DNA from: an uncultured Dehalococcoidia bacterium
GTDB lineage: Bacteria; Chloroflexota; Dehalococcoidia; SZUA-161; CAYRBX01
DNA: 30,265 nt
Reading direction: 5' to 3'
Assembly: GCA_964422695.1 (NCBI GenBank)
Contig: CAYRBX010000001.1
Span: 1 to 30,265 of the forward strand
Made by a program: the position numbers and the translations under genes. Shown piece after piece: positions 10,241 to 17,930 of this stretch (positions are counted from its first letter, which is position 1; each line of letters starts with the position of its first letter). Under the pieces are notes generated by a model. It was not told the DNA's origin and did no database searches. It saw nothing but the letters and a program-made list of their open reading frames with translations.

Positions 10241-10678
10241 GTGATTTTGAAAGCCTTTCCCATCGCTCCGGCTTCTTGGCATGCGCTTCTCCCCCTTCTT
10301 CTTCCCCTTTTTATTGTTGCGGGGGTGCTTGCTCCGATGATTTATTCGGTGAAGAATGCGAGAGCCGAAATAACTCCGGAAGGATTGCGAATAAGCGGCA
10401 CGATTTACCGAAAATACATACCAAAAGAGGAGATAAAGGAGGATGAAATCAAAATCTTGAACCTCAATATCGAAAAGGAATATCGCCCCAAAGCCCGAAC
10501 AAACGGCATCAGCCTTCCCGGGTGCAAGCAGGGCTGGTTCAAGCTCGAAAACGGAGAAAAAGCCCTTCTTTTCGTAACGGATTATTCGAAAGTGATTTAC
10601 ATCCCCACAAAGAAGAACTTCTCCCTTCTTTTATCCGTGGAAAATCCCGAAGAATTCATAGCTCTTCTCAAAACCTGA
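10241..10678 (+). CDS. Membrane-anchored bacterial PH-domain protein (bPH-like)
   Basis: N-terminal hydrophobic helix, then RTNGISLPGCKQGWFKLENGEKALLFVTD..VIYIPT..SLLLSVENPEEF typical of bPH proteins; GTG start with GGAGG. Confidence 0.7.
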   Translation: MILKAFPIAPASWHALLPLLLPLFIVAGVLAPMIYSVKNARAEITPEGLRISGTIYRKYIPKEEIKEDEIKILNLNIEKEYRPKARTNGISLPGCKQGWFKLENGEKALLFVTDYSKVIYIPTKKNFSLLLSVENPEEFIALLKT

Positions 10679-10682
10679 GATT

Positions 10683-11162
10683 ATGAGAGGAGCTTTCGAT
10701 AAATACCTTCTCGCAAATCCCGGAAGAAGAGGGGCTTTCGAATGGATTTGCCTTCTCGCTTTGAGCATTTGCTCTTACATTTTCAAATTCGCTCTCTTTC
10801 CCTCCTCCCGAGCGCTTCTCGCTCTCGGCGCGATATTGCTTGTTCTGGGCTTTGTGATTCACGGCCTTTCTCATGCCGTGCACCGAGAAGCGCATCGCCG
10901 ATCTCGGGAGATATCCGGAATTGTTACAAGAGGCATTTATTCCAAAATAAGGCATCCGGGATATCTCGGCTTGATTCTCATGTACATCGGAATACCTCTG
11001 ATCTTCAAAAGCTGGGCTTCTCTTCTTGTAGCCGGTTTCTTCTCCGCTCTTTATGTTCTCACCGCTTTCAGAGAAGAGGAGATATTGCTCGAGAGGTTCG
11101 GTGAGGATTACGAAAGCTACATGCGGCGAGTGCGCTGGCGCTTCCTCCCCTATATCTTCTGA
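10683..11162 (+). CDS. Isoprenylcysteine carboxyl methyltransferase / PEMT-family membrane methyltransferase
   Basis: Transmembrane helices plus VTRGIYSKIRHPGYLG and REEEILLERFGEDYESYMRRV.RFLP. Confidence 0.88.
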   Translation: MRGAFDKYLLANPGRRGAFEWICLLALSICSYIFKFALFPSSRALLALGAILLVLGFVIHGLSHAVHREAHRRSREISGIVTRGIYSKIRHPGYLGLILMYIGIPLIFKSWASLLVAGFFSALYVLTAFREEEILLERFGEDYESYMRRVRWRFLPYIF

Positions 11163-11836
11163 CCGAATAGCTCCCTGTAGGGCCTTTTGGAGAAGTCCAC
11201 GAGGAAAGAGGGAAGCTCTGAGGGCTTCTTCCTCCTCTCGGGAATGCGGATCAAGCGGGTTGGGGTGATGATGATATCCACGGGCACATCGTGCTCCCCG
11301 AAGGGAAGCTCTTCGAACACCTGTTGGTCGTCAACGAGCGCCGCAATGGGAGTTTCCTCTCTCACGCATCCTATACTCCTCAGGATCAAGAACTCCTGAT
11401 CGAAAAATCCCGTTCCCTTCCCTATCCTCTCCCCCCTGAGGCTTACGGCCACGGCTCCCGTGATCATGAGATCGATTTCGCCTATATCCTCGAAGGAAGT
11501 TCGAAGCTTCCTTCCTATCCTCCTTATCCCCCTGATCGAAACCCCCTCCTTCCAGAGCCTCTCCGGCACCTCTTCGGGATTTATTCCATAAAAGCCGTCC
11601 CTCAAGCCGGGAGTCGCCACTATTAGGATCTTCCCGTCTTTTAAGATCTGAAGCCTCGCCTCGAGCTGCGCTCCATCCGGGGGCGAGAAGACCCTCCTCG
11701 CCCTCCGGTATTCGGGAAGGGCGGCGAGGAGCAGGGCGGCTTTATCCTGCCCCCGGAAGGGGGGAATCTTTCCCCGGCATCCGAACTTCCTCCATACCTC
11801 CTCCCTTATCCTGCTCTTCTCCTCCGATATCCTCAT
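11150..11836 (-). CDS. 5-formyl-THF cyclo-ligase-like protein, COG0212/MTHFSD type
   Basis: KSRIREEVW, VFSPPDGAQ, DGKILIVATPGLRDGF, DLMITGAVAVS..GERIGKGTGFFDQE, HDVPVDIIITP. Start set at ATG 11836; the ORF-track extension overlaps the divergent gene. Confidence 0.85.
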   Translation of the reverse strand: MRISEEKSRIREEVWRKFGCRGKIPPFRGQDKAALLLAALPEYRRARRVFSPPDGAQLEARLQILKDGKILIVATPGLRDGFYGINPEEVPERLWKEGVSIRGIRRIGRKLRTSFEDIGEIDLMITGAVAVSLRGERIGKGTGFFDQEFLILRSIGCVREETPIAALVDDQQVFEELPFGEHDVPVDIIITPTRLIRIPERRKKPSELPSFLVDFSKRPYRELFGQKI

Positions 11837-11852
11837 GGGCTCCGCAGGATTA

Positions 11853-11881
11853 TTGCTTTGGGATTTCGCCGAGGATAAAAT
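11853..11881 (+). promoter_or_regulatory. Putative sigma70-type promoter for the FmdB-like gene
   Basis: TTGCTT (11853-11858), 17-nt spacer, TAAAAT (11876-11881). Confidence 0.6.
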
Positions 11882-11918
11882 ACCCTTGAACCCCTTGACG
11901 GGGAAAGGAGGTGGGGAT

Positions 11919-12158
11919 ATGCCCATTTACGTCTACCAGTGCGAGAACGGTCATGTCTTCGAAGTATATCAGAAGTTCTCGGATCCCCCTCTTGAGACCT
12001 GTCCCGAGTGCTCGGCCAAGGCGAGGAGGGTCTTCCTCCCGCCGAACAAATCAAGCGCCTGCTACGAGGACTACAAGGAATTCAAAGACGTCCTCGAGCC
12101 CCTTCCCCCCAAGAAGCGGGAGAGGGTGATAGAGATCTTCAGGAAGTATATCGCTTGA
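11919..12158 (+). CDS. FmdB-family zinc-ribbon protein
   Basis: MPIYVYQCENGHVFE...PLETCPECSAKARRVF; SD AGGAGG upstream of ATG 11919. Confidence 0.88.
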   Translation: MPIYVYQCENGHVFEVYQKFSDPPLETCPECSAKARRVFLPPNKSSACYEDYKEFKDVLEPLPPKKRERVIEIFRKYIA

Positions 12159-12230
12159 AGGAAGAGGGGGAATGTTTTAACCGAAGAGGAGGCGCTCGAG
12201 AAATACGAGCGCGATGGATCCCTTCCTTTC

Positions 12231-13373
12231 TCAAAAAGCTCCGAAGGTGAGCTTCTCTTTTATCCTCCATATCTTCTCCAAGAGCATCGCGCCGGCGAAG
12301 AAGGGAGAAGCATTTCTTCCCTCAAGGATAAGGCGAATGGAGAGCCGAAGGAGGGAAATGAGCAGCGATCTTTGAGGCTCTTTCACTTTTATCGCTTCTT
12401 TCCATCTCTCGCACCATTTGCAGAGGAAGCAATCGAAAGCGCATTTTCCCCTCTTGAAGAATTCGAGAAATCCCGCAAGCTTTCGAGCATCTAAGCTTAA
12501 AGCCGCGGCGAGGCCGTCAAAACTCCCCCAAGAGGGAGGAGAGCTCAAGATCTCCGCGAAATTGGGAGGGGATCTTCGCTCGGAATAAGCTCTGAGCGCT
12601 TTGAGAATTCTCGAAGTTGAAAATTCCCTTCCCGAGATCTTGAAATTCTCTATTCCGATTTTCTCGTATTCATGAAGATCTTCGGGGCGAATCCAAGGAG
12701 AGCGCAAAAGCCAGATAGGATCTTTGAGCTTTTCGAGAGCGCAGCGAAGATGAGAGAAGCCGCCCAGAAGGCGATGAGCATCTCTGACCGAATGAGAGGA
12801 GGAGGCGTAATCGGAGAGCCGAAATGGGCATGAGGGAAGGCAGGCATCGTTCACTATAACTTCAAGCTCGCATCTCGCCGCGCGAGCGAGCTTCTTCAAG
12901 GTCTGAAAATCGCGATTTCGCATAAAATCTATCGTCACGATATCGGCTCCGAGCTCCTCCCAGAATCTCAAAGCATTCGGCGTGTTCACGCAAGCTACGG
13001 TTGAGATCTTCACTTTGAGGGGGAAGCGCTTTTTTGCGATCTCACACAGCAGAGGATGAGAGACGATCACGTAATCCGCTTTGATTTCGGAAAGCCATTT
13101 GAGATGATCGAAGATCCCCTCCAATCCTTCCTCCGTATACTCTCGATTTCCGAGGCAAGGCCCTCCCATGGCGTAAGCGAATTCGAAGCCGGCTTTATGA
13201 GCTCTCTCCACAAATTCCGCCGCCTTCTCCTTTTCTATCTCCGGGATGATGCCCGAAGGTCTTCCCCCGCCCACGGGATCTCGGCGAAGGCTTCCGAAGA
13301 ACCCCCTCACCGGCCTTCCGAGAGAGGCCTCTATGAGCTCCTCCTTCCAATTGGCGGGAACCCAGAGCATCAC
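12231..13373 (-). CDS. U32-family Fe-S protein (UbiU/TrhP/RlhA superfamily), subfamily unassigned
   Basis: VGGGR, EFVERAHKAG.EF.Y..GGPCLGN, ADYVIVS.P, VKISTVA.VNT, EVIVNDACLPSCPFR, LRC, WIRPEDL, FKISGR; extra C-terminal CAFDCFLCKWC. Confidence 0.88.
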   Translation of the reverse strand: MMLWVPANWKEELIEASLGRPVRGFFGSLRRDPVGGGRPSGIIPEIEKEKAAEFVERAHKAGFEFAYAMGGPCLGNREYTEEGLEGIFDHLKWLSEIKADYVIVSHPLLCEIAKKRFPLKVKISTVACVNTPNALRFWEELGADIVTIDFMRNRDFQTLKKLARAARCELEVIVNDACLPSCPFRLSDYASSSHSVRDAHRLLGGFSHLRCALEKLKDPIWLLRSPWIRPEDLHEYEKIGIENFKISGREFSTSRILKALRAYSERRSPPNFAEILSSPPSWGSFDGLAAALSLDARKLAGFLEFFKRGKCAFDCFLCKWCERWKEAIKVKEPQRSLLISLLRLSIRLILEGRNASPFFAGAMLLEKIWRIKEKLTFGAF

Positions 13374-14122
13374 AATTGAAGGGGGATGGAGCGCTTCTTG
13401 AGATTCTCAAGGACGAAAGGATAAGGTTCGAGGTATTCGACTTCGATCTCCTCGGGGGAGATGCCCTCGGACTTGAGCTTCCTTGCGAGCATCTCAATTC
13501 CCGAAGCTCCGAAGGTCTCGAGCATCACGGCGGGCCAGGCGTTCACCCCGGCGGCGAGGAGCGCTTTCAAAGCTCTTATCGGAAATTCGAAGAACCTCCC
13601 GCAAGCCCCCGAGATCTTCTCGAAGCTCCGCTCATCCCATCCCTTTACGGAAATTCGAACGAAAAGCCTTCTGAATCGGGAGAGCTCATCGGCGAAATCC
13701 GGATGAGCCCCCAGAATAAAGCCGTTCGTCTCGAGAATGAAATCAAGAAACGGGTTTTCGGCGGAGATCACCTCGATGACCTTCAGGATATGCTCGAAGG
13801 ACTTCCTCCCCAAAATGGGCTCAGCTCCGCTCAATCTCACCTTGTTGAATCCCCGCTTCCCGCAGATGGCGAGAAGCCTTCTCGCAACCTCCTCCGGAGG
13901 GCAGAATTCGCCTCCGCACTCATCGGGCCTGAGGTTCCTCTCGTAATTCCAGCAGTAAGCGCACAGGAAGCAGCAGCCCACCATATCGGCGGTGGCGATC
14001 CCCCCGTAATACCTCGCCCCCCGGAACCTGTAATACTTCCTCCTCCCCCCTTTCATGACGATCTCCTCAACCTCCTCTGCGCGTTTGAGAGGATCGAAGG
14101 GGAATTCAAGCTCGCTCCTCAC
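13370..14122 (-). CDS. Radical SAM protein, archaeal-type (COG5014-like)
   Basis: RKYYRFRGARYYGGIATADMVGCCFLCAYCWN (CxxxCxxC), VRLSGAEP, FILETNG, VRISVKG. Confidence 0.88.
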   Translation of the reverse strand: MRSELEFPFDPLKRAEEVEEIVMKGGRRKYYRFRGARYYGGIATADMVGCCFLCAYCWNYERNLRPDECGGEFCPPEEVARRLLAICGKRGFNKVRLSGAEPILGRKSFEHILKVIEVISAENPFLDFILETNGFILGAHPDFADELSRFRRLFVRISVKGWDERSFEKISGACGRFFEFPIRALKALLAAGVNAWPAVMLETFGASGIEMLARKLKSEGISPEEIEVEYLEPYPFVLENLKKRSIPLQL

Positions 14123-14978
14123 AGATCTCCCTCAGCCCGCACTCCCCGCATCTCCTCCTCCGACAGTATAGCTTCTCCAAGATATAAGAGGCCGTTTGCA
14201 TCCAGCCGGCGAGCCGCCCGAACGCCTTTCTTGCGAGAAACGAAAGGCATTCCTCCCTCCCGGGGCAATGCGAACAGGGGAAGGATCTACAGAGCTTCGG
14301 ATCCCACGGCTTCTCCCAGGAGAGCATTCCGAGCTTCCTCATCGCCCTCTGAAAGTGAACGTCGGAGGGAGCGAAGAAAGTGGCATCCTTTCGGGAGAAG
14401 AGCAGATACGAAGTCGCGATCTTCGGACCTATACGAGGCCCCTGCAGGAGCTTCAAGCGAAGCTCCTCAGGGGTCAGGGAATCCTCCACGGGCTTGATCT
14501 CCCGAAGGTAGAAGGAGAGCTGCTCGGGGAGGTTTTTGAGCTGAAAGCTCCTTCCGGGAAGCTCCCGAAGATCCCCCTCCGAGATCCTCTTCACCCATCT
14601 CACCGTATTGGCGTGAAAATCGGTGTTCGCGGACAAAGCGACCGAGATGAAGATGAGCTCTCGATCGTAAGGATTCACCGCAAGCCCGAGATCTCCGAAT
14701 CTCTCAACAAGAAGGAGGGCTTTCTCCCTCACCTCCTCGGAGAGCTCCTCCAGATGCTCGAAGGGATCAAACCAAGCTCCCGAGAGGATAAAAGCCACAT
14801 TCGGATCCGGGCAATTCTCCACTTCAAGCGCGTCCTGACCTCTGCTCCTCATTCTGAGCTCCCGAAATGCGCCTCTTCTCTTCACCCACCATTCTCCCTC
14901 TTTCTCGAAGAGCGGAAGGGAGAAGGAGGAGAAGAGCGAAAGCTCGAGATCGAAATTCCTCCTTATCTCCAAAAGCAT
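14106..14978 (-). CDS. HhH-GPD superfamily (DNA glycosylase-like) protein with two Cys4 motifs
   Basis: HhH LLQGPRIGPKIATSYLLF with Lys; FFAPSDVHFQR with Asp; CRSFPCSHCPGREEC and YCRRRRCGECGLREIC. Confidence 0.75.
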   Translation of the reverse strand: MLLEIRRNFDLELSLFSSFSLPLFEKEGEWWVKRRGAFRELRMRSRGQDALEVENCPDPNVAFILSGAWFDPFEHLEELSEEVREKALLLVERFGDLGLAVNPYDRELIFISVALSANTDFHANTVRWVKRISEGDLRELPGRSFQLKNLPEQLSFYLREIKPVEDSLTPEELRLKLLQGPRIGPKIATSYLLFSRKDATFFAPSDVHFQRAMRKLGMLSWEKPWDPKLCRSFPCSHCPGREECLSFLARKAFGRLAGWMQTASYILEKLYCRRRRCGECGLREICEERA

Positions 14979-15008
14979 TTCTTAATAAAATATCGCGGGA
15001 GGGAGGAG

Positions 15009-15401
15009 ATGAAGGTCGTAAGGAGAGAAGAGGTTTCGGCTTTCACGACGAAAGACGGATCTGAAATAAGAGAGCTTCTCGCCCCGAGGAATTCGGAGCT
15101 CAGAAATCTGAGCCTCGCCGAGGCGAGAGTTGAGCCGGGAGGAGAGACCGCGGAGCATTTTCACAAATCCTCGGATGAGATTTATTACATCCTCGAAGGA
15201 GAGGGGATCATGAGGATTGAAGGAGAAGAGCGGAAAGTGAGGCCGGGAGATGCGATCGCCATTCCCGCGGGAAGAAAGCATAAGATCAAAAACGATGGAG
15301 ATCGAGATCTCATCTTCCTCTGTTTCTGCGCTCCTTCTTACACTCACGAAGATACGATTATCACCGCTCCTCAGGGAAGGAGTTCGCAGCGAAGCTCGTA
15401 A
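15009..15401 (+). CDS. Cupin-domain protein
   Basis: TTKDGSEIRELL, SLAEARV, HFHKSSDEIYYILEGEG, IPAGRKHKIKN; SD GGAGGAG before ATG 15009. This is the real gene inside ORF-track 14196..15401. Confidence 0.9.
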   Translation: MKVVRREEVSAFTTKDGSEIRELLAPRNSELRNLSLAEARVEPGGETAEHFHKSSDEIYYILEGEGIMRIEGEERKVRPGDAIAIPAGRKHKIKNDGDRDLIFLCFCAPSYTHEDTIITAPQGRSSQRSS

Positions 15402-16471
15402 AGAAGTTGCGCCACCCCCTCCGGATCCCTTCTCAAAAAGAAGCGAGAGCATTCGAATTGTATTGCGACATCGAGGAATCCCTGCTCCACCTTCTCATGA
15501 AGCTTGAGGAGCTCTGAGGTTTTCCTTCCGGAGAAATGAAAGTTCATGGTGATCACCCTGATATCTCTGCTCTTCTCCAGTTCAAAGAGGGCTTTTCTTA
15601 TCTCCTCCCGCGTGTAATTCTCCACTTCAATTCCGTATAATCCCAATCCTTTTACGAGCGCTTGAATATCAAATCTCTCCCTGCTTGTGGGAGGTAAGGA
15701 GGAGGGATCGAGATCTTCTCTTTCCGGAGCAATCCACTCGAGAAATCTCAGAGCTCTTTTCGCGAAATCCCTTTTGTATTCCTCCGCTAAGGATTTAAAT
15801 CTCCGCCGGAATTTCATCTCCGCTCTCCTTACGATATCGAAGAAATCCTCAAGCGGCAGAAGGCCGAAATCTCCTATATCGACGACGGCTCCCAGAAGTC
15901 CGGTGCTGTGAATCGAAATCATAATCCTCTTGTGAGGTTTGAATTCATCTTTCCAAGCGCAGAGAGCCGCCAGTCCTCCCGTCCAAGAATCCATTTCCGC
16001 TTGAGGGAAGGGGATGTATTCATCGGGCTCTCGACGAACCTTCCCGCAATGAGGAGCGACGTAAATGGTTTTCGGCTCCTCTCCGAAGATGAAAGAGTAA
16101 AAGCGCTCGTAAATCCCCCTCTTGAGCTCATATTCCTGAGGATCTCTTGCCGGAAAAGCGTAAGTTCCTGTCCATCGACGATCGAGAAGAGCTTCGGGAA
16201 GGGCCTCATGATATTCCTGAGCTTCCTTGAGGGAGGGGAGAGCTCGATGGAAATCTATGCCGTATTTCCCCTCTTCGGGCTTATCATCTTGAGGCAATCT
16301 CGAAGCTGTGGAGAGGATGAGCCTTACTCCCTTTTTGCTCTCGAAGACCTCAAAACAGGGGTTTTGCTCCAAGATGCGGAATCTCTCCAGAAGCGCCGAT
16401 CTGGGGCCGAGATAAGCTCCATCCTCATCCTCCCGAACCAATTCCGGAATCTTCCCCCTTTTCGGGCTCAT
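15371..16471 (-). CDS. Hypothetical protein, probable N-formylglutamate amidohydrolase-like (Zn-exopeptidase fold)
   Basis: IYVAPHCG ... EMDSWTGGLA ... MISIHS ... VAIQFECSR match the order of the PHxG / D / HS / QxE motifs of FGase-like hydrolases; SD AGGAG overlaps the echF stop. Confidence 0.55.
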   Translation of the reverse strand: MSPKRGKIPELVREDEDGAYLGPRSALLERFRILEQNPCFEVFESKKGVRLILSTASRLPQDDKPEEGKYGIDFHRALPSLKEAQEYHEALPEALLDRRWTGTYAFPARDPQEYELKRGIYERFYSFIFGEEPKTIYVAPHCGKVRREPDEYIPFPQAEMDSWTGGLAALCAWKDEFKPHKRIMISIHSTGLLGAVVDIGDFGLLPLEDFFDIVRRAEMKFRRRFKSLAEEYKRDFAKRALRFLEWIAPEREDLDPSSLPPTSRERFDIQALVKGLGLYGIEVENYTREEIRKALFELEKSRDIRVITMNFHFSGRKTSELLKLHEKVEQGFLDVAIQFECSRFFLRRDPEGVAQLLYELRCELLP

Positions 16472-16480
16472 GAGAGGGGA

Positions 16481-16822
16481 TCAGCTCCTTCGAGGAGGAA
16501 CGTGCGTTTCGACTTTCTTCTCGTAATCGGGGGGATGGTAATGAGTATCCATGGTGATGGCTCCCGGAAGGCAGAATTCCACGCAAGTTCGGCAGTAAAT
16601 GCACTTGAAGGGATCGTAAGTGAGGCGCTTCCTCTCCGTATCGACTTCAATAGCTCCGGAAGGGCAAACCCGAGCGCAATCTCCGCAGAAATCGCAGCGC
16701 TCCGAATGGAAGATGAGCTTCCCCCGGGTCGCCGGAAACGGCTCTCTCTTCACGAACGGATAGCGTCTCGTAACAGGTCCTCTTAAGAGATTTCTGAATA
16801 AGGTCGGCAGCATCCAAGGCAT
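16481..16822 (-). CDS. echF: EchF/NuoI-like 2x[4Fe-4S] subunit
   Basis: GPVTRRYP, RGKL, CDFCGDCARVCP, CIYCRTCVEFC; ATG 16822 with SD AGGAGG. Confidence 0.88.
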   Translation of the reverse strand: MPWMLPTLFRNLLRGPVTRRYPFVKREPFPATRGKLIFHSERCDFCGDCARVCPSGAIEVDTERKRLTYDPFKCIYCRTCVEFCLPGAITMDTHYHPPDYEKKVETHVPPRRS

Positions 16823-16836
16823 CTTCTTCCTCCTCC

Positions 16837-17928
16837 TTACCTTTCTGTGCAGGCGATGCACGGATCGATGGAGAGGGTTATGACGGGAACGTCGGCGAGC
16901 TCGCATCCCGGAAGCATTACAAGCAGGGGCGGGATATTGGCGAAAGTGGGGGTTCTCACCTTCAATCTCTCAAGGTAGGGAGTTCCGTTCCCCTTGGCGT
17001 ACTCGAAGAGCTCTCCTCGAGGCTGCTCCACTCGCATGATGGCCTCTCCTTCCGGACATCCCTCCACCCGAACCATTATCTCCCTATCGTCCATCTTATC
17101 GATTCTGTCCAGAGCGGGGATTACGAGATCGAAGATGGATTGGTAGATCTCCCTTATTCGCACCAGAGTGCGGGCGTAGCTGTCGCAACCGTATTCCACC
17201 ACAGGCTCGAAGCCGAGCTCCCCGTAAGCCGCATAACCGGTCATTCGTGTATCCCAAGCCCACCCGCTTCCTCTGAGCGTGGGCCCCACCGCCCCCATCC
17301 TCCACGCATCCTCTTTGGGGAGAATCCCCTTCTCCACGGTTCTCGCCTTGATCGTGTAATCCCGGAGGAACAGATCCCTTATGGGATCCATGAGCTTCCT
17401 GAAGTCCTGCTCGAGCATTCGGCGCACGGCCTTGGACATCTCCCTGTCGATATCCCTTCTCACCCCTCCTATAACGCATGTGGATTGAATCACCCTCTGG
17501 CCGGAGGTCATCTCGAGGACATCCAAGATGATCTCCCTGATCCGCCAGATCTGCATGAAGGCGCTCTCGAAGCCGAGGGCGTCGGCGAGAAGCCCGAGCC
17601 ACAGGAGATGGCTGTGGGTTCTTGAAAGCTCGCTCCAGATAACGCGAAGGTATTTGGCGCGAGGAGGAACCTCAACACCCATCATCGTCTCTATGAGCTG
17701 GCAGTAGCAGAGAGCGTGAATGAAGCTGCAAATCCCGCATATGCGCTCGCAGAGGAAGACGTTCTGACGGAATCTATTCCTCTCAGCTCCCTTCTCGATT
17801 CCCCGATGAATGTATCCTATGATGGGAGTTACATTCACGACTTTCTCATCCTCGCACTCCAATTTCAGCTGGATGGGCTCGGGAAAGACCGGATGCTGCG
17901 GCCCGAAAGGCACTATAGTCCTTGCCAT
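16837..17928 (-). CDS. echE: Group 4 [NiFe]-hydrogenase large subunit, Ech type
   Basis: PFGPQHP, GYIHRGIEK, L1 ERICGICS, EQPRGE, RTPT, L2 DPCIACTER-stop; all four Ni-ligating Cys present and no cleavable C-terminal extension. ATG 17928 with SD GGAGGAG. Confidence 0.93.
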   Translation of the reverse strand: MARTIVPFGPQHPVFPEPIQLKLECEDEKVVNVTPIIGYIHRGIEKGAERNRFRQNVFLCERICGICSFIHALCYCQLIETMMGVEVPPRAKYLRVIWSELSRTHSHLLWLGLLADALGFESAFMQIWRIREIILDVLEMTSGQRVIQSTCVIGGVRRDIDREMSKAVRRMLEQDFRKLMDPIRDLFLRDYTIKARTVEKGILPKEDAWRMGAVGPTLRGSGWAWDTRMTGYAAYGELGFEPVVEYGCDSYARTLVRIREIYQSIFDLVIPALDRIDKMDDREIMVRVEGCPEGEAIMRVEQPRGELFEYAKGNGTPYLERLKVRTPTFANIPPLLVMLPGCELADVPVITLSIDPCIACTER

Positions 17929-17930
17929 CT

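Noticed and set aside
12161-12230. SD-like GAGGGGGA followed by ATG TTT TAA, with a protein-like shifted frame (VLTEEEALEKYERDG)
   Set aside because: Could be a frameshifted remnant or minigene, but it is too short, runs into the U32 gene antisense, and has no recognisable homology.
13376-15008. Plus-strand ORFs 13376..14497 and the first 271 codons of 14196..15401
   Set aside because: Antisense to the radical SAM and HhH-GPD genes; only 15009..15401 (cupin, with SD) is credible.
15371-16471. Hydrogenase maturation endopeptidase (HycI/HyaD) call for the gene after echF
   Set aside because: No HycI motifs, too long, and EchE has no cleavable C-terminal tail.
16837-17928. Complex I NuoD call for the large subunit
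   Set aside because: Both Ni-binding CxxC motifs (CGIC, CIAC) are present, whereas NuoD lacks them.
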